A stretch of 64,000 nt of DNA from a virus: positions 1,848 to 65,847 of IMG/VR virus record IMGVR_UViG_2806310403_000001; one strand, written 5' to 3'. The position numbers were made by a program, and so were the translations under genes. A model generated the notes under the pieces. It was not told the origin of the DNA, searched no databases, and saw only the letters and a list, made by a program, of their open reading frames with translations. Below are positions 38,587 through 47,767 of the stretch, piece by piece (position 1 is the first letter of the stretch; every line of letters starts with the position of its first letter).

Positions 38587-38628
38587 AGTGTCTGGATGGC
38601 GCGATCAGACTCAAAACCCTATGCTGTT
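38587..38628 (-). promoter_or_regulatory. Late-promoter motif copy 6 (half-degenerate: ..GCATAGGGTT-N22-GACACT-N6-ATG)
   Basis: Same spacing, at the head of the terminase operon. Confidence 0.65.
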
Positions 38629-39154
38629 ATTTCTCCAGTAAGTCTGGTTGAGTGCGTATGTGCTTCCGCAGCGCTTTGATCTCGCGCGCCTGGGCTTCAA
38701 CCGATGCAGCCAGCTCTGTCGCAACGAGCAGATGGGCCTTCGTACTCTCGATTACGCGCACATCCTCCACAAACCCGCCCAACGCTCGCGCCAATCTGCG
38801 CGCTTCGCTTGGAGTCATGGTTAGCAGTTCATCGCCGAGTTCCACCTTGATCCAGCCGTCCGATTGGATCGTGCATGAGAGAGCGCGCGGCTCTGGAAAT
38901 ACCTCGACCAGCTCATAGACGCCACGGATCAAACGCTTGAGCCGGCCATCATCGACCAGGCTACGCAGGCGGTCGTCAACGATTGATAGCTTCAGGCTCG
39001 ATGCCTCCGCAACCGTTTCCCGTGTGGCGATCTGGTCGGCCTCGCGTAGATCTCGCACAGCGTCATAAACTCGCTGCGTGCTACTGATTCGGTTGCGCAT
39101 CGAACCTGTGTCGTGCGAGTGGGCGGTCTGTGCTTCCAGCGTGCTGTTATTCAT
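38627..39154 (-). CDS. Winged-HTH protein, candidate late transcription activator
   Basis: ATRETVAE..SLKLSIVDDRLRSLVDDGRLKR..RGVY wHTH pattern; occupies the Q position. Confidence 0.55.
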   Translation of the reverse strand: MNNSTLEAQTAHSHDTGSMRNRISSTQRVYDAVRDLREADQIATRETVAEASSLKLSIVDDRLRSLVDDGRLKRLIRGVYELVEVFPEPRALSCTIQSDGWIKVELGDELLTMTPSEARRLARALGGFVEDVRVIESTKAHLLVATELAASVEAQAREIKALRKHIRTQPDLLEK

Positions 39155-39718
39155 TCATTGCTCCATCAGTCGTTTCAGTGCACGCACCTTTGCGCGGTAT
39201 ATGTCTCGAATCTCGATCAGTTCGTCGCGAGTCCATTTCTTGACCCTGTTATCGGCTTCCAGAGCCTCGACGGCAGCAAGGCCAATCCTGGCTATCAGGC
39301 CGATGCGGTAATCGACGGCATTTCCGGCCAGCCACTGGTTATCCTTTTTCGATTGGGCGTGACAGTTTCTTTCGTTAAATCGGAGATGCGGCGCGGCACC
39401 GACGCTTCTGTAGTGCCCGGCGTCTACCCCATTGCCGGACCAATCGAGCGGCCGACCACTGGATATGCACGCATATCCCGCGAGCCTGTCCCGAAGACGG
39501 ATGAATGCGTTGAACTCCCGCTGGGCCTCGGCTTTGAGGACCGGAAGGGTCTTGATGGCCTCCTTGCGCGTCCTGATCTTTGCGCGCTCCAGGGCCTTTT
39601 CCTGCTTGACCTGCTTTGCCGCGCATCGAGGACTGCATACCTTCTGGCCCATGCGAGCGGGAGCGAACAACTTCGAGCAGATGGGGCATGGCCGGGCCTT
39701 GGGCTGTGATGGCTTCAC
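39155..39718 (-). CDS. ninG: NinG/Rap-family recombination endonuclease
   Basis: CPIC, QKVCSPRC, FNAFIRLRD, DAGHYRSVGAAPHLRFNERNCHAQ. Confidence 0.88.
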   Translation of the reverse strand: MKPSQPKARPCPICSKLFAPARMGQKVCSPRCAAKQVKQEKALERAKIRTRKEAIKTLPVLKAEAQREFNAFIRLRDRLAGYACISSGRPLDWSGNGVDAGHYRSVGAAPHLRFNERNCHAQSKKDNQWLAGNAVDYRIGLIARIGLAAVEALEADNRVKKWTRDELIEIRDIYRAKVRALKRLMEQ

Positions 39719-40155
39719 GCTTCCCACCCTTCTGGCGCCGGATCGGTGAACACCACTCCGTTTTTCACTCCCCATGAGTAGATGTAGTCCAGCAGGTCAG
39801 CGCATTCCGCCTTGGTCAAGGTGCTGGTGCGCTGGTACAGCACGTCAAACCCCTGACCGTCGATAGCTGGCACCATCTCCACCCCTTGCGCCTTTGCGCG
39901 GCACCATGCAGCGGCGAGCAGACGTTTCCACTCCTCGACCGTCCAGCGCTTACCGCCCCACTCTTTCTGCCGAGCGATGTCTGCAATGGATGCGTGCAGA
40001 CGGGCGTTCTGCTCCAGAGAGCGCGTCAGCGGCCTGACCTCGACGAGCATCGGCCGGCCGGCCATCACGTTTGCCTTTGCAAACTGCCAGGCTCGCTGCA
40101 TCACCGGGTAGCCTTGCACCGCGTCGCGGACGGTGAATGTCTGTCGGTCGCTCAT
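39715..40155 (-). CDS. ninB: NinB/Orf-family recombination protein
   Basis: TRSLEQNARLHA.I.DIARQ.EW.G..W..EEWK; TS.LTK.EC.DL. Confidence 0.88.
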   Translation of the reverse strand: MSDRQTFTVRDAVQGYPVMQRAWQFAKANVMAGRPMLVEVRPLTRSLEQNARLHASIADIARQKEWGGKRWTVEEWKRLLAAAWCRAKAQGVEMVPAIDGQGFDVLYQRTSTLTKAECADLLDYIYSWGVKNGVVFTDPAPEGWEA

Positions 40156-40871
40156 GCAGCCTTCCTCCCATCGATCAGCCCTTGAAACGGACTCGCCGTG
40201 TAGGTCTTCCAGGTTCGACCGCTGCGCACCTGCGAGATCGTGGACTGCGGAATGCCACCCAACTCTTTGGACAACTCGCGCAGGCTCTTATCGCTTGCAC
40301 GGATGTGGGCAACCATCGACTCGTCCAACATGGATCCGCGGCGCTTCGCCATCGCCGTCTTCCAACGCTGCGACATCGGCTTTGCGTGCCCCTTGAGCTT
40401 CGCCGAGCGCGTGACCTGGACCAGGTGATCCGGCTCCAGGCACTTCGGATTGCCGCACGTCGTCTCGATGAAATGCGAGCCCGGAAGAGGCGTGCCGGCT
40501 GAAACCTCGTGGATCAGCTTGCGAAGCGAAACAGACCTGCCGAGATACCGACCAATGGGATAACCATCATCCGAGACGTTCTTGCCGGACCACAACATGC
40601 AGCCGTCCACTGTCGGCACGCAGTCCTCGAGCGTGCGCCGCACGAACTGCTCGACGGGCTCCTGCCATCCGGCCAGCGCGAACCGTCGGGATACGCCAAT
40701 CGAAACGACAGAAACCGCGCCCTCACGCATCAACTCATCAACCACAGCACGGGCTCGCGCCACGGTCGGCGGCGACTTGCTGCCAGCAATGTCAGTGATC
40801 CGCTTCGGGCCGTCAGCCAGCATCGCCAAGACTGAAGCCCTGCTGTAGTGCAGTTTGCGTTTTCCGCTCAT
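40152..40871 (-). CDS. HTH plus HNH-like hypothetical protein
   Basis: GCMLWSG, TCGNPKCLEPDHL (HNH_3-like), C-terminal HTH. Confidence 0.6.
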   Translation of the reverse strand: MSGKRKLHYSRASVLAMLADGPKRITDIAGSKSPPTVARARAVVDELMREGAVSVVSIGVSRRFALAGWQEPVEQFVRRTLEDCVPTVDGCMLWSGKNVSDDGYPIGRYLGRSVSLRKLIHEVSAGTPLPGSHFIETTCGNPKCLEPDHLVQVTRSAKLKGHAKPMSQRWKTAMAKRRGSMLDESMVAHIRASDKSLRELSKELGGIPQSTISQVRSGRTWKTYTASPFQGLIDGRKAA

Positions 40872-40980
40872 CGACCACCCCACAGACCAGCCACGACAGA
40901 CCACACGCCAACCGCAAGCAGGCCGACAAATGCCAGCGCATTCACCGCGATCAGCCACCACCCAATGATTTCCGCAAAGC

Positions 40981-41757
40981 TCATGCAGCGGTCCTCCGGT
41001 GGCTCTCCCATGTGAACGGGACAACTGCACCGCCATCCTCACGAATACGGTCCATGACCCGCTCCCCGACGAAATCTCGCACTTCATCGAGTGACAGGTT
41101 CGACAGCATGATCGTCGGCTTGCGCAGCTCGTAGCGCTCGTTCAGGATGTCGAACAGGATGTTCTTCTCAAACTCCGATCCGAACTGAACTCCGACTTCA
41201 TCAAGGATCAGAAGGTCCGGAAACACCATAGACTCGATCACCTGAGACTCCGATGGACCGCCGTTACGCCCCCATGAGTCCTTGACCAGACGCACAGCCC
41301 TGAGCACCGTCGTGAACAGCACCTTTGCGCCATGACTCCGCATGGCATGCAGACCGATGGCCGTGGCCAGGTGGGTTTTCCCTGTCCCTGGCTTACCCAG
41401 AAAGAGCGCACAGCGCCCCGTAGCAGTCACGCCCTCGAAGCTCTCGGCGTACTCGCGGGCAAACGCCACTGCGGCCTTCTGCTCCGGGGTGCGGGCCACA
41501 TAGCCATCGATGGTGCGATCGTGGAACCTCGGCGGGATGCCCGCTCGATCGAGCTTGGCTTGCCATCTTTGAGCCGCCATCTTCTCGTTGTGCGCACGCT
41601 GCGTCGCTTCGTCTTGCGCCTTCCTCTCGGATTCGCACGTCGGGCACCCAAGCCACGCATTGCGCAGATAGCACCGGCTCATGTACTCGCCGTGCACATC
41701 GCAATGCGCCGTTTTTTCCTTCGGCGGGTTGTGCACTAAGCCGTCCAGATAGCTCAT
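40981..41757 (-). CDS. DnaC/IstB-like AAA+ helicase loader
   Basis: GIPPRF, GKPGTGKT Walker A, LLILDEVG Walker B, RVMDR. Confidence 0.9.
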   Translation of the reverse strand: MSYLDGLVHNPPKEKTAHCDVHGEYMSRCYLRNAWLGCPTCESERKAQDEATQRAHNEKMAAQRWQAKLDRAGIPPRFHDRTIDGYVARTPEQKAAVAFAREYAESFEGVTATGRCALFLGKPGTGKTHLATAIGLHAMRSHGAKVLFTTVLRAVRLVKDSWGRNGGPSESQVIESMVFPDLLILDEVGVQFGSEFEKNILFDILNERYELRKPTIMLSNLSLDEVRDFVGERVMDRIREDGGAVVPFTWESHRRTAA

Positions 41758-42662
41758 ACCAGCATCACTCCTTCGCCATAATTTTTGGATTCGAAGTCAT
41801 CACGCTTCGGGACCTTTCGCTTTGCCGCACCTCCGGGCGGCGGCATGGCGGCGGCGAGCCACTCAAGCGGCTGCAGAGGTTTCTCGCGGAAGCATTCGCG
41901 GAGCTTGTTGATGAGGGCCTCGTCTCCGTAGGCCTTGCGCAGTCCTCCGAGGAAAGATCTGGCCTGACGGTCTGGCGTGCCGGCATTGGTCAGCAGTGGG
42001 ACCCCATAGCCGAAAATGATTTCGTTCGGGTCCGTCAACTTTGGCGGCTCGCCGCCCGTACCGATAGGTACGGAATATGGAGACGGAGACGGAGACGGAG
42101 ACGGAGACGGAGACGGAGACGGAGACGGAGACGGAGACGGAGACGGGGCAGTGCCAGAATCTGCTACTAGCGTGCCACTGGCACTTTCGGGCACTGCCAC
42201 ATGAGTGCCAGTGGCACTTTCTGGCACTTTGCTGGCTTCCTCAACTGGTGCCGCGCCGATGCGTTCGGCATATTCGGGCATGCGCCTGGCAGCCTCGTTG
42301 CGTCCGTACTGTTTGCACAACGCGGCCCAACGGGACTTTTCCGATCTGGCTTCAGATCCTGCTGCCCATGGGTTGTGGTCCTCCCAGTCGTGGATGGATC
42401 TGCACATCTCTTGTCCGTCGAGAAATCCAACCTCAACCATGGCACAAACGAACGCGCCGTCCTCGCCGTCCCAATCGACGGCGAGCTCAATATCCTCGTC
42501 TGACAAGCCGGATAGATCGCCGTCAGGCCGATTGGCTGACGCCCACAGGAACAGGTAGATGCATGCGAGTACGCCGTCAGCCTTGAGTCGGCGTTTCAGC
42601 TTCTTGGTTTTTGGGTGCGATGGAAGTGCCACCGAGATTCGTGCGTCGGTAGCCATGCTCAT
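41754..42662 (-). CDS. Phage replication initiator
   Basis: HPKTKKL N-terminal domain, (PS)n linker, upstream of DnaC-like gene. Confidence 0.75.
   Translation of the reverse strand: MSMATDARISVALPSHPKTKKLKRRLKADGVLACIYLFLWASANRPDGDLSGLSDEDIELAVDWDGEDGAFVCAMVEVGFLDGQEMCRSIHDWEDHNPWAAGSEARSEKSRWAALCKQYGRNEAARRMPEYAERIGAAPVEEASKVPESATGTHVAVPESASGTLVADSGTAPSPSPSPSPSPSPSPSPSPSPSPYSVPIGTGGEPPKLTDPNEIIFGYGVPLLTNAGTPDRQARSFLGGLRKAYGDEALINKLRECFREKPLQPLEWLAAAMPPPGGAAKRKVPKRDDFESKNYGEGVMLV
42079..42144. repeat. Hexanucleotide microsatellite (GGAGAC)x11 encoding the (PS)n linker
   Basis: Direct reading. Confidence 0.95.
42151..42236. promoter_or_regulatory. Putative origin iterons within the initiator gene
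   Basis: GTGCCA(C/G)TGGCACTTTC(G/T)GGCACT at 42172 and 42205, plus further GTGCC/GGCAC half-sites. Confidence 0.6.
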
Positions 42663-43402
42663 GCCACCTCAGAAAAAAAATCGCACAGTTCAATGCCAAA
42701 CACAGCAGCCCACGCGCCGGCCGGCCATGCTTTCACAGTTCCGTACCGCGGGTCCTGGACTTCGGCGGGCTTGATTCCGTACTGCTTGCACCATCGGCGC
42801 AATTCGACATAGGCGTTCTTTGCGAACCTGCTGTTCGTGGCCCGCTCCACTGCGATGATCGTGGCATGCCGAGTGTTGTGGCCAAGCTCATGCTGCAGTC
42901 GCGTCGCTTCACGCTTTGCCGCAGCGGCAGTTGCCATGGCAGTTGCTTCTCGCCGACTTCCAATTAGCGCCTTGGTCCGAATGGCTTCATCGCGCTCAAG
43001 TGCCAGCGCCTCATTACGATCAGCCATGTCTGCAGCAAGGCGCAAAGCTTCTGACAATGTCTGCGGGATCTTTGGCGCCAGCGCAGCCTCGAGCGCAGAC
43101 ATACGATCGAAAACCTTAGCCTGCAGCTCGTAGCTGTAGCTCATTGCCATCAAGCACGCTTCGCGCTTTGGAAAGCTATAGATCGAGCGCGAGCGCACCG
43201 CGTTGTTCACTGTGTAGGAAGCGGTTCCAAGGAATTTTGGGGCGGCTTCGCCCAACACCTTTGGAACCTTGCCCATGAAACTGTCATGACGTAGCTCGGC
43301 TTCATCCTCGCCGCGCTGGCTGTTGATGAACTCGACCAGCTCCAGGCTAGTCATGGTTACGGCTGCAGCACCGCCGCCAGCAATACTGATGATGCTGGTC
43401 AT
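42659..43402 (-). CDS. Rha-family regulatory/antirepressor-like protein
   Basis: TMTSLELVE..., KREACLMAMSYSYELQAKV, PQTLSEALRLAAD. Confidence 0.75.
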   Translation of the reverse strand: MTSIISIAGGGAAAVTMTSLELVEFINSQRGEDEAELRHDSFMGKVPKVLGEAAPKFLGTASYTVNNAVRSRSIYSFPKREACLMAMSYSYELQAKVFDRMSALEAALAPKIPQTLSEALRLAADMADRNEALALERDEAIRTKALIGSRREATAMATAAAAKREATRLQHELGHNTRHATIIAVERATNSRFAKNAYVELRRWCKQYGIKPAEVQDPRYGTVKAWPAGAWAAVFGIELCDFFSEVA

Positions 43403-43701
43403 ACCCCAACTCCTTCAGGCTCCTCAGCCTTTTTTTGTCCAGAACTGAACCAGTTCCTGGCCAGCGGTGAGGCTTTCTTTTTGAGCACCGCGGCCTGATG
43501 ATTGGCTTTCACCTCACTCATCGTGACGCCCTCGAAATACAGCAGCAAGATGTCTCGGATGACCTCAGATTCGCCAGTCCCAAGCTCTCGAGCCAGGTCT
43601 TCAACCCGGTCTTTCAGCAAGTCCGGAACGCTGGTCTTGAGCGTGTGACTGTTTTTGCCAAGTGGACTCGACATAGGCCGTGAGAACAAAAAATCAGTCA
43701 T
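43399..43701 (-). CDS. Ribbon-helix-helix-like regulator (CII position)
   Basis: LKTSVPDLLKDRVEDLARELGTGESEVIRDIL. Confidence 0.55.
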   Translation of the reverse strand: MTDFLFSRPMSSPLGKNSHTLKTSVPDLLKDRVEDLARELGTGESEVIRDILLLYFEGVTMSEVKANHQAAVLKKKASPLARNWFSSGQKKAEEPEGVGV

Positions 43702-43991
43702 AAGCGACAACCCCAGAAAGAAATCAAAATGGACAAAGACTTGGAGCTTGTGCGTGCCTGGTGCGCGTACTGGATTGCCGGAGCAAGCCACGACAGCGCC
43801 TACTGGGCGCTGACCGACCTGCTTGGGCCTCAAACCAGCGAGCGGCTGGCACGACAAGGACTGCTGTGATCGTGGCCGAAAAGGACGCGAAAAATAAGGC
43901 CAGCAGCTGCTGGCCCCAGCCAGACTTGGCGGCGAAGGGGGCCTTCCTACAATGACGATTCCACTCAATCACCATAGGAAGGGCCTTTGCC

Positions 43992-44279
43992 ATGAAAAAA
44001 ATCCTGTTCACATACGACCTGAACAAGGACTCGCCGTCAGACAAATGGGGGCGGGTTCGAGAAGCCATCATTCGAAAATTCCCCACTCATTGGTGCAGGT
44101 TGACCACGACATGGATCGTGGAAACGCAGCTATCGGCAGTACAGATGCGGGACTGGCTGGCCACGCTTCTGGACTCCAACGACGAACTGTTTGTCGTGGA
44201 CATCACCGGCTCCGATGCTGCCTGGCTCGGGATCGACGCCAAAGGCGCGACATGGTTGCGCGAAGTGCTCAACCGCTGA
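43992..44279 (+). CDS. Small Cas2/VapD-like ferredoxin-fold protein (stand-alone)
   Basis: ILFTYDL...W..V...I...TTWIVET...DELFVVDI. Confidence 0.55.
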   Translation: MKKILFTYDLNKDSPSDKWGRVREAIIRKFPTHWCRLTTTWIVETQLSAVQMRDWLATLLDSNDELFVVDITGSDAAWLGIDAKGATWLREVLNR

Positions 44280-44727
44280 TCCACGTCTGGCAGGCCCAGC
44301 GCGGCTCTTATCAGCCATGCATCGCGCTCGCCGCAAACGATGACCGCGTCGCCCCGCAACAAGCTCCCAATGTTTTCGGAGCTCAATGGCGTGCCTGCTG
44401 GCAATGTGATTTGCGTGAGCATCTCTCCGCCCTCCTTTCCTGTGCCTGGTTGCCAAGTGCGCAAAGCAGCCTTGGCGGAATCGATAGCCGCAAGAACACC
44501 GCGCACATCCATCTGCCACGATGTTTCAGGCGACAGTTGCAAGTCCGGCCTGTCGGTCAACGTGCAGCCGCCGATGAACGCGAAGTCGCGCTCGCAAAGG
44601 CCAAGCGCGTGCAGTGCGAGCTGCACTGGAGTCATTGGTGGCAGCTCATGCATCTACGCACTCCTTTTGCTGGGAGAGCTCGGGCCAGATCTGCAACCGG
44701 TAGATATCAAGAAAATTGAAAGTGCAC

Positions 44728-45006
44728 ATGAGCAATTCACAGCAAAAAATCAACGAGGCGGTCATTGCGACCCTCCAGAGGCATGAGGCAGAGTTGCAGG
44801 CGATGAAGGCGCTTGCCGCCGCACTGGTGGCGACGCATCCGGATCATCCAAAACTCCTGGACAGCTATCTGGAGCAAATGGATGCAATAGCCGACGCTCT
44901 AGATTCCGACGCAATCCCTCGGTATCGAGCAGCCATCCATTTTTTTCAAGCACTGATGCTCGCGCCCGCGCCGGGCGACCAACTGCGTCCAGCAGAGCCA
45001 GACTAG
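44728..45006 (+). CDS. Hypothetical protein
   Basis: 92-aa helical ORF antisense to the PR operon. Confidence 0.45.
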   Translation: MSNSQQKINEAVIATLQRHEAELQAMKALAAALVATHPDHPKLLDSYLEQMDAIADALDSDAIPRYRAAIHFFQALMLAPAPGDQLRPAEPD

Positions 45007-45065
45007 CCGCCGCCGCAGAACGCTCCAAAGCCTGCAGCGCCACAATGGCCTGTTCGTTGGTCATA

Positions 45066-45308
45066 TCACACCCCCTCTACTGCTTGTTTGGCGGGCTCGG
45101 GCAGGGGTTGCAGCCCGTAGAGCTGGTCTAGGGACAAATCCAACCCAAGTGGACGGAGCGATGCAACCAGCCTCTTCGCGGTCTCGATGGATGGTGACGC
45201 TTCACCCCTCTCGAATTGCCCTATCGCACCTTGAGTGCATCCAGCAAGGCGAGCCAGATCTACTTGGGTCAAACCAAGGGTCGAACGAATAGATTTGATG
45301 GTGCTCAT
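45066..45308 (-). CDS. cro: Cro-like HTH repressor
   Basis: IRSTLGLTQVDLARLAGCTQGAIGQFERG; divergent from cI. Confidence 0.85.
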   Translation of the reverse strand: MSTIKSIRSTLGLTQVDLARLAGCTQGAIGQFERGEASPSIETAKRLVASLRPLGLDLSLDQLYGLQPLPEPAKQAVEGV

Positions 45309-45314
45309 GCCTTG

Positions 45315-45385
45315 ATAGTAGCATTGCTGCTTCTATTTTGCAACAGCACTGCTATTTTGATTTTCTAAGTAGTTGCACTACTGTT
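45315..45385. promoter_or_regulatory. PR promoter and three OR operators
   Basis: Minus strand TTGCAA(45343-38)-17-TACTAT(45320-15); 15-bp palindromic sites AGTAGCATTGCTGCT (45317), AACAGCACTGCTATT (45342), AGTTGCACTACTGTT (45371). Confidence 0.8.
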
Positions 45386-45390
45386 GCACC

Positions 45391-46140
45391 ATGTCAAAAC
45401 GCAAGGTCACACCCGAGACTCTGGAAGAGTCGGCAAAGCTCAGGACTCTTTGGGATCAGCGCAAGCTAAAGCTGGGTCTAAAGCAAGACACCTTCGGTGA
45501 GACGTACAAGGTTGGAAACCAAAGCGCTGTTGGTCAGTTTTTGCGGGGCGTCACACCTATTAGCCTGAAGGCCGCCATTGGATTTGCAAAAGGCCTTCAA
45601 TGCGAAATTTCCGACTTCAGTCCTCGCCTAGCTGCGCAAGCAAGCGAAATTGCGTCTGCCGTCGATGCATCGATGATCGACGTAGGGCCTCAAGGTGATC
45701 CACCTGAATCTTCTGAAGAGCGTCCAAAGCTTCGTCGCTATAGAGTGAAGTTCTCCAACGGAGTAGGCGTCGGAATCGAAGAGGACAGCGAGATGCCACT
45801 GGTCGAGTTCGATGCATCTGTACTACGAGATTTCGATGTAACACCGAGAACAGGCGTGGTGGTTGGATACACAGGAGACAGCAATTCGCCAACCATTCCA
45901 GACGGCGGCGGTCTTGCCGTTGTTCTCCTAGAGGCAGAAGCACGTATCCGCACCGGCAGATTTCACGCCTTCCGGCTCGGGAATGATTTGCTTTTCAAGC
46001 GCCTGATGAGGCTTCCAGACGGATCTCTGCTGGCTACATCAGACAATCCAAAGTACCCGCCGATCGTGATCGACAAGAAGCGCAAGTCTGAGTTCGACCT
46101 CATCGGATACCTACGTGGAATTTGCATCAAGATTGACTGA
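45391..46140 (+). CDS. cI: CI-like repressor (HTH plus S24 peptidase)
   Basis: NQSAVGQFLRG HTH; GDSNSPTI, LFKRL, SDNPKYPP. Confidence 0.88.
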   Translation: MSKRKVTPETLEESAKLRTLWDQRKLKLGLKQDTFGETYKVGNQSAVGQFLRGVTPISLKAAIGFAKGLQCEISDFSPRLAAQASEIASAVDASMIDVGPQGDPPESSEERPKLRRYRVKFSNGVGVGIEEDSEMPLVEFDASVLRDFDVTPRTGVVVGYTGDSNSPTIPDGGGLAVVLLEAEARIRTGRFHAFRLGNDLLFKRLMRLPDGSLLATSDNPKYPPIVIDKKRKSEFDLIGYLRGICIKID

Positions 46141-46580
46141 TGCCCCTCCCCCTCCTACTCTGCCTAGTTGTCGGCATAGCCGACGGCGACACGCTGACGG
46201 CCCGCTGCGGAGAGCCAGGTGCTTATGAGCAGGTGCGCGTGAGGATCAGTGCGATCGATGCTCCAGAGAGCAAACAGCCGTTTGGCACCGTGTCTCGACA
46301 ATCGCTGGCAGGGCTCTGCCACCAGCAGGAAGCCAAGATCACCGACCGCGGGCGCGACCGCTACAAGCGCATGATCGCCGACGTTGAGTGCCAGGGCCAG
46401 GACGTGGCGTTGTACCAGGTGCGGCTGGGCATGGCCTGGGTGTACGACCAGTATGCCAAGGGCTATGCGTGGCTCTACCCGCATCAAGAGGATGCAAAGG
46501 CCAACAGGCGTGGCCTTTGGGTTGATCTTGACGGCGGCACGCCTCCAGTAGCGCCTTGGGAGTGGAGGAGGAAGAAATGA
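46140..46580 (+). CDS. Thermonuclease (SNase-like) family protein
   Basis: DGDT, IDAPESKQPFG, DRYKR, G.AWVY, RRGLW. Confidence 0.88.
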   Translation: MPLPLLLCLVVGIADGDTLTARCGEPGAYEQVRVRISAIDAPESKQPFGTVSRQSLAGLCHQQEAKITDRGRDRYKRMIADVECQGQDVALYQVRLGMAWVYDQYAKGYAWLYPHQEDAKANRRGLWVDLDGGTPPVAPWEWRRKK

Positions 46581-46746
46581 TCCACCCTTCACATCGCTAA
46601 GAGCGCGCTCGCACACTGCCAAGACTCCGTGGCGCGCATTCAGGCATTGAAAAGTAGTCGAAAAATTAACATCCAAAAACCAACGGTGCTTTTTTGATAT
46701 CGGAAATTGGTGGCAACTAGTGGGAATTGGTGTGACAATCGCGCGC

Positions 46747-47325
46747 ATGACGAACCCATCACTGTTCAACGAGAAGCGCACAGCTCAAGCTGCAGCCTTC
46801 CTGCTGCACCGTGCTGGCGGTCGCCTGCCTCTATTGAAGCTCATGAAGCTGATGTATCTGGCAGAACGCGAGTCACTGAAGGAATATGGTGAACCCATCA
46901 CCGGTGACAAACTCGTCGCGATGCCGCACGGCCCAGTGCTGTCAATCACGTACAACTTGATGAACGGCGCCCTTGATAGCCAACAAGGCGGTTGGGAGTC
47001 TTGGATGGAAGATCGAGCCGGCCACGATGTTGCTTTGCGTGACGAAAGCAGAATCCGCTCGCCTGAACAGGATCTGCTTGAGCTCAGCCAAAGTGACTTG
47101 GATGTGCTGCAGGGCGTTTGGGAGAAGTTCGGGCACATGAGCAAGTGGGACATTCGGGACTACACCCATCATGGCGGTTGTCCAGAATGGGAAGACCCCA
47201 ACGGCTCAAGCCGTCCTATCCCTATGACAACGCTTTTCAAGGCGCTGGGGTATTCTGAAGAAGGTGTCCGCTCGGCCATCGAGCACTTGCGCGAGCGCGA
47301 GAATCTTGGGCATGCCTTCGGCTGA
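46747..47325 (+). CDS. Panacea/SocA-like DUF4065 antitoxin
   Basis: LKLMKLMYLAERESL..YGEPITGD..AMPHGPV; H..CPEW. Confidence 0.82.
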   Translation: MTNPSLFNEKRTAQAAAFLLHRAGGRLPLLKLMKLMYLAERESLKEYGEPITGDKLVAMPHGPVLSITYNLMNGALDSQQGGWESWMEDRAGHDVALRDESRIRSPEQDLLELSQSDLDVLQGVWEKFGHMSKWDIRDYTHHGGCPEWEDPNGSSRPIPMTTLFKALGYSEEGVRSAIEHLRERENLGHAFG

Positions 47326-47719
47326 AGTACCGTGGACATGCCAGCAGGGGTCTTGCTTGCTGGTTCCATCCGGTCCGGACAACAGGAGCCACCTCTTCAC
47401 GATTGCGCTCGGACCTATGAAGATCGAGGGCTACGGCCCCCACGATCAAGTTCTGATGGTCAGCGTCACCAGCGTAAAACCTGGCTTAAAGTACGACGAT
47501 GCTTGTCTATTGAAGGCTGGTGATCACCCCTTTATCCGGCACGATAGCTATGTCTACTATCGTGATCCCCGGATAGAGTTGGCCAGCAAAGTCACAGAAA
47601 ATGTACAGATAGGGCAGTGGGTCGCCAGAGAACCCTGCAATGCGCAGGTAATGGCTCGCGTCTTGGATGGCTTCCAACGCTCAAGGCTGCTGCCAAGGTA
47701 CGTGAAGAATTTGCTTTGA
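47312..47719 (+). CDS. Putative toxin (PemK/MazF-like fold) paired with DUF4065
   Basis: HLF.I...VLMVSVTS...DDACLL..GDHPFIRHDSYV.Y; overlaps the antitoxin stop. Confidence 0.6.
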   Translation: MPSAEVPWTCQQGSCLLVPSGPDNRSHLFTIALGPMKIEGYGPHDQVLMVSVTSVKPGLKYDDACLLKAGDHPFIRHDSYVYYRDPRIELASKVTENVQIGQWVAREPCNAQVMARVLDGFQRSRLLPRYVKNLL

Positions 47720-47742
47720 CCAGATAAGAACACCATCTCAAC

Positions 47743-47767
47743 CAGCCCGCCCCGAGCGGGCTTTTTC
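47743..47767 (+). terminator. Rho-independent terminator
   Basis: AGCCCGC-CCCGA-GCGGGCT-TTTT. Confidence 0.75.

Noticed and set aside
43992..44279. A cas locus serving the array
   Set aside because: Single Cas2-like ORF 18 kb away; no cas1, cas3, csy or cas6f recognisable.
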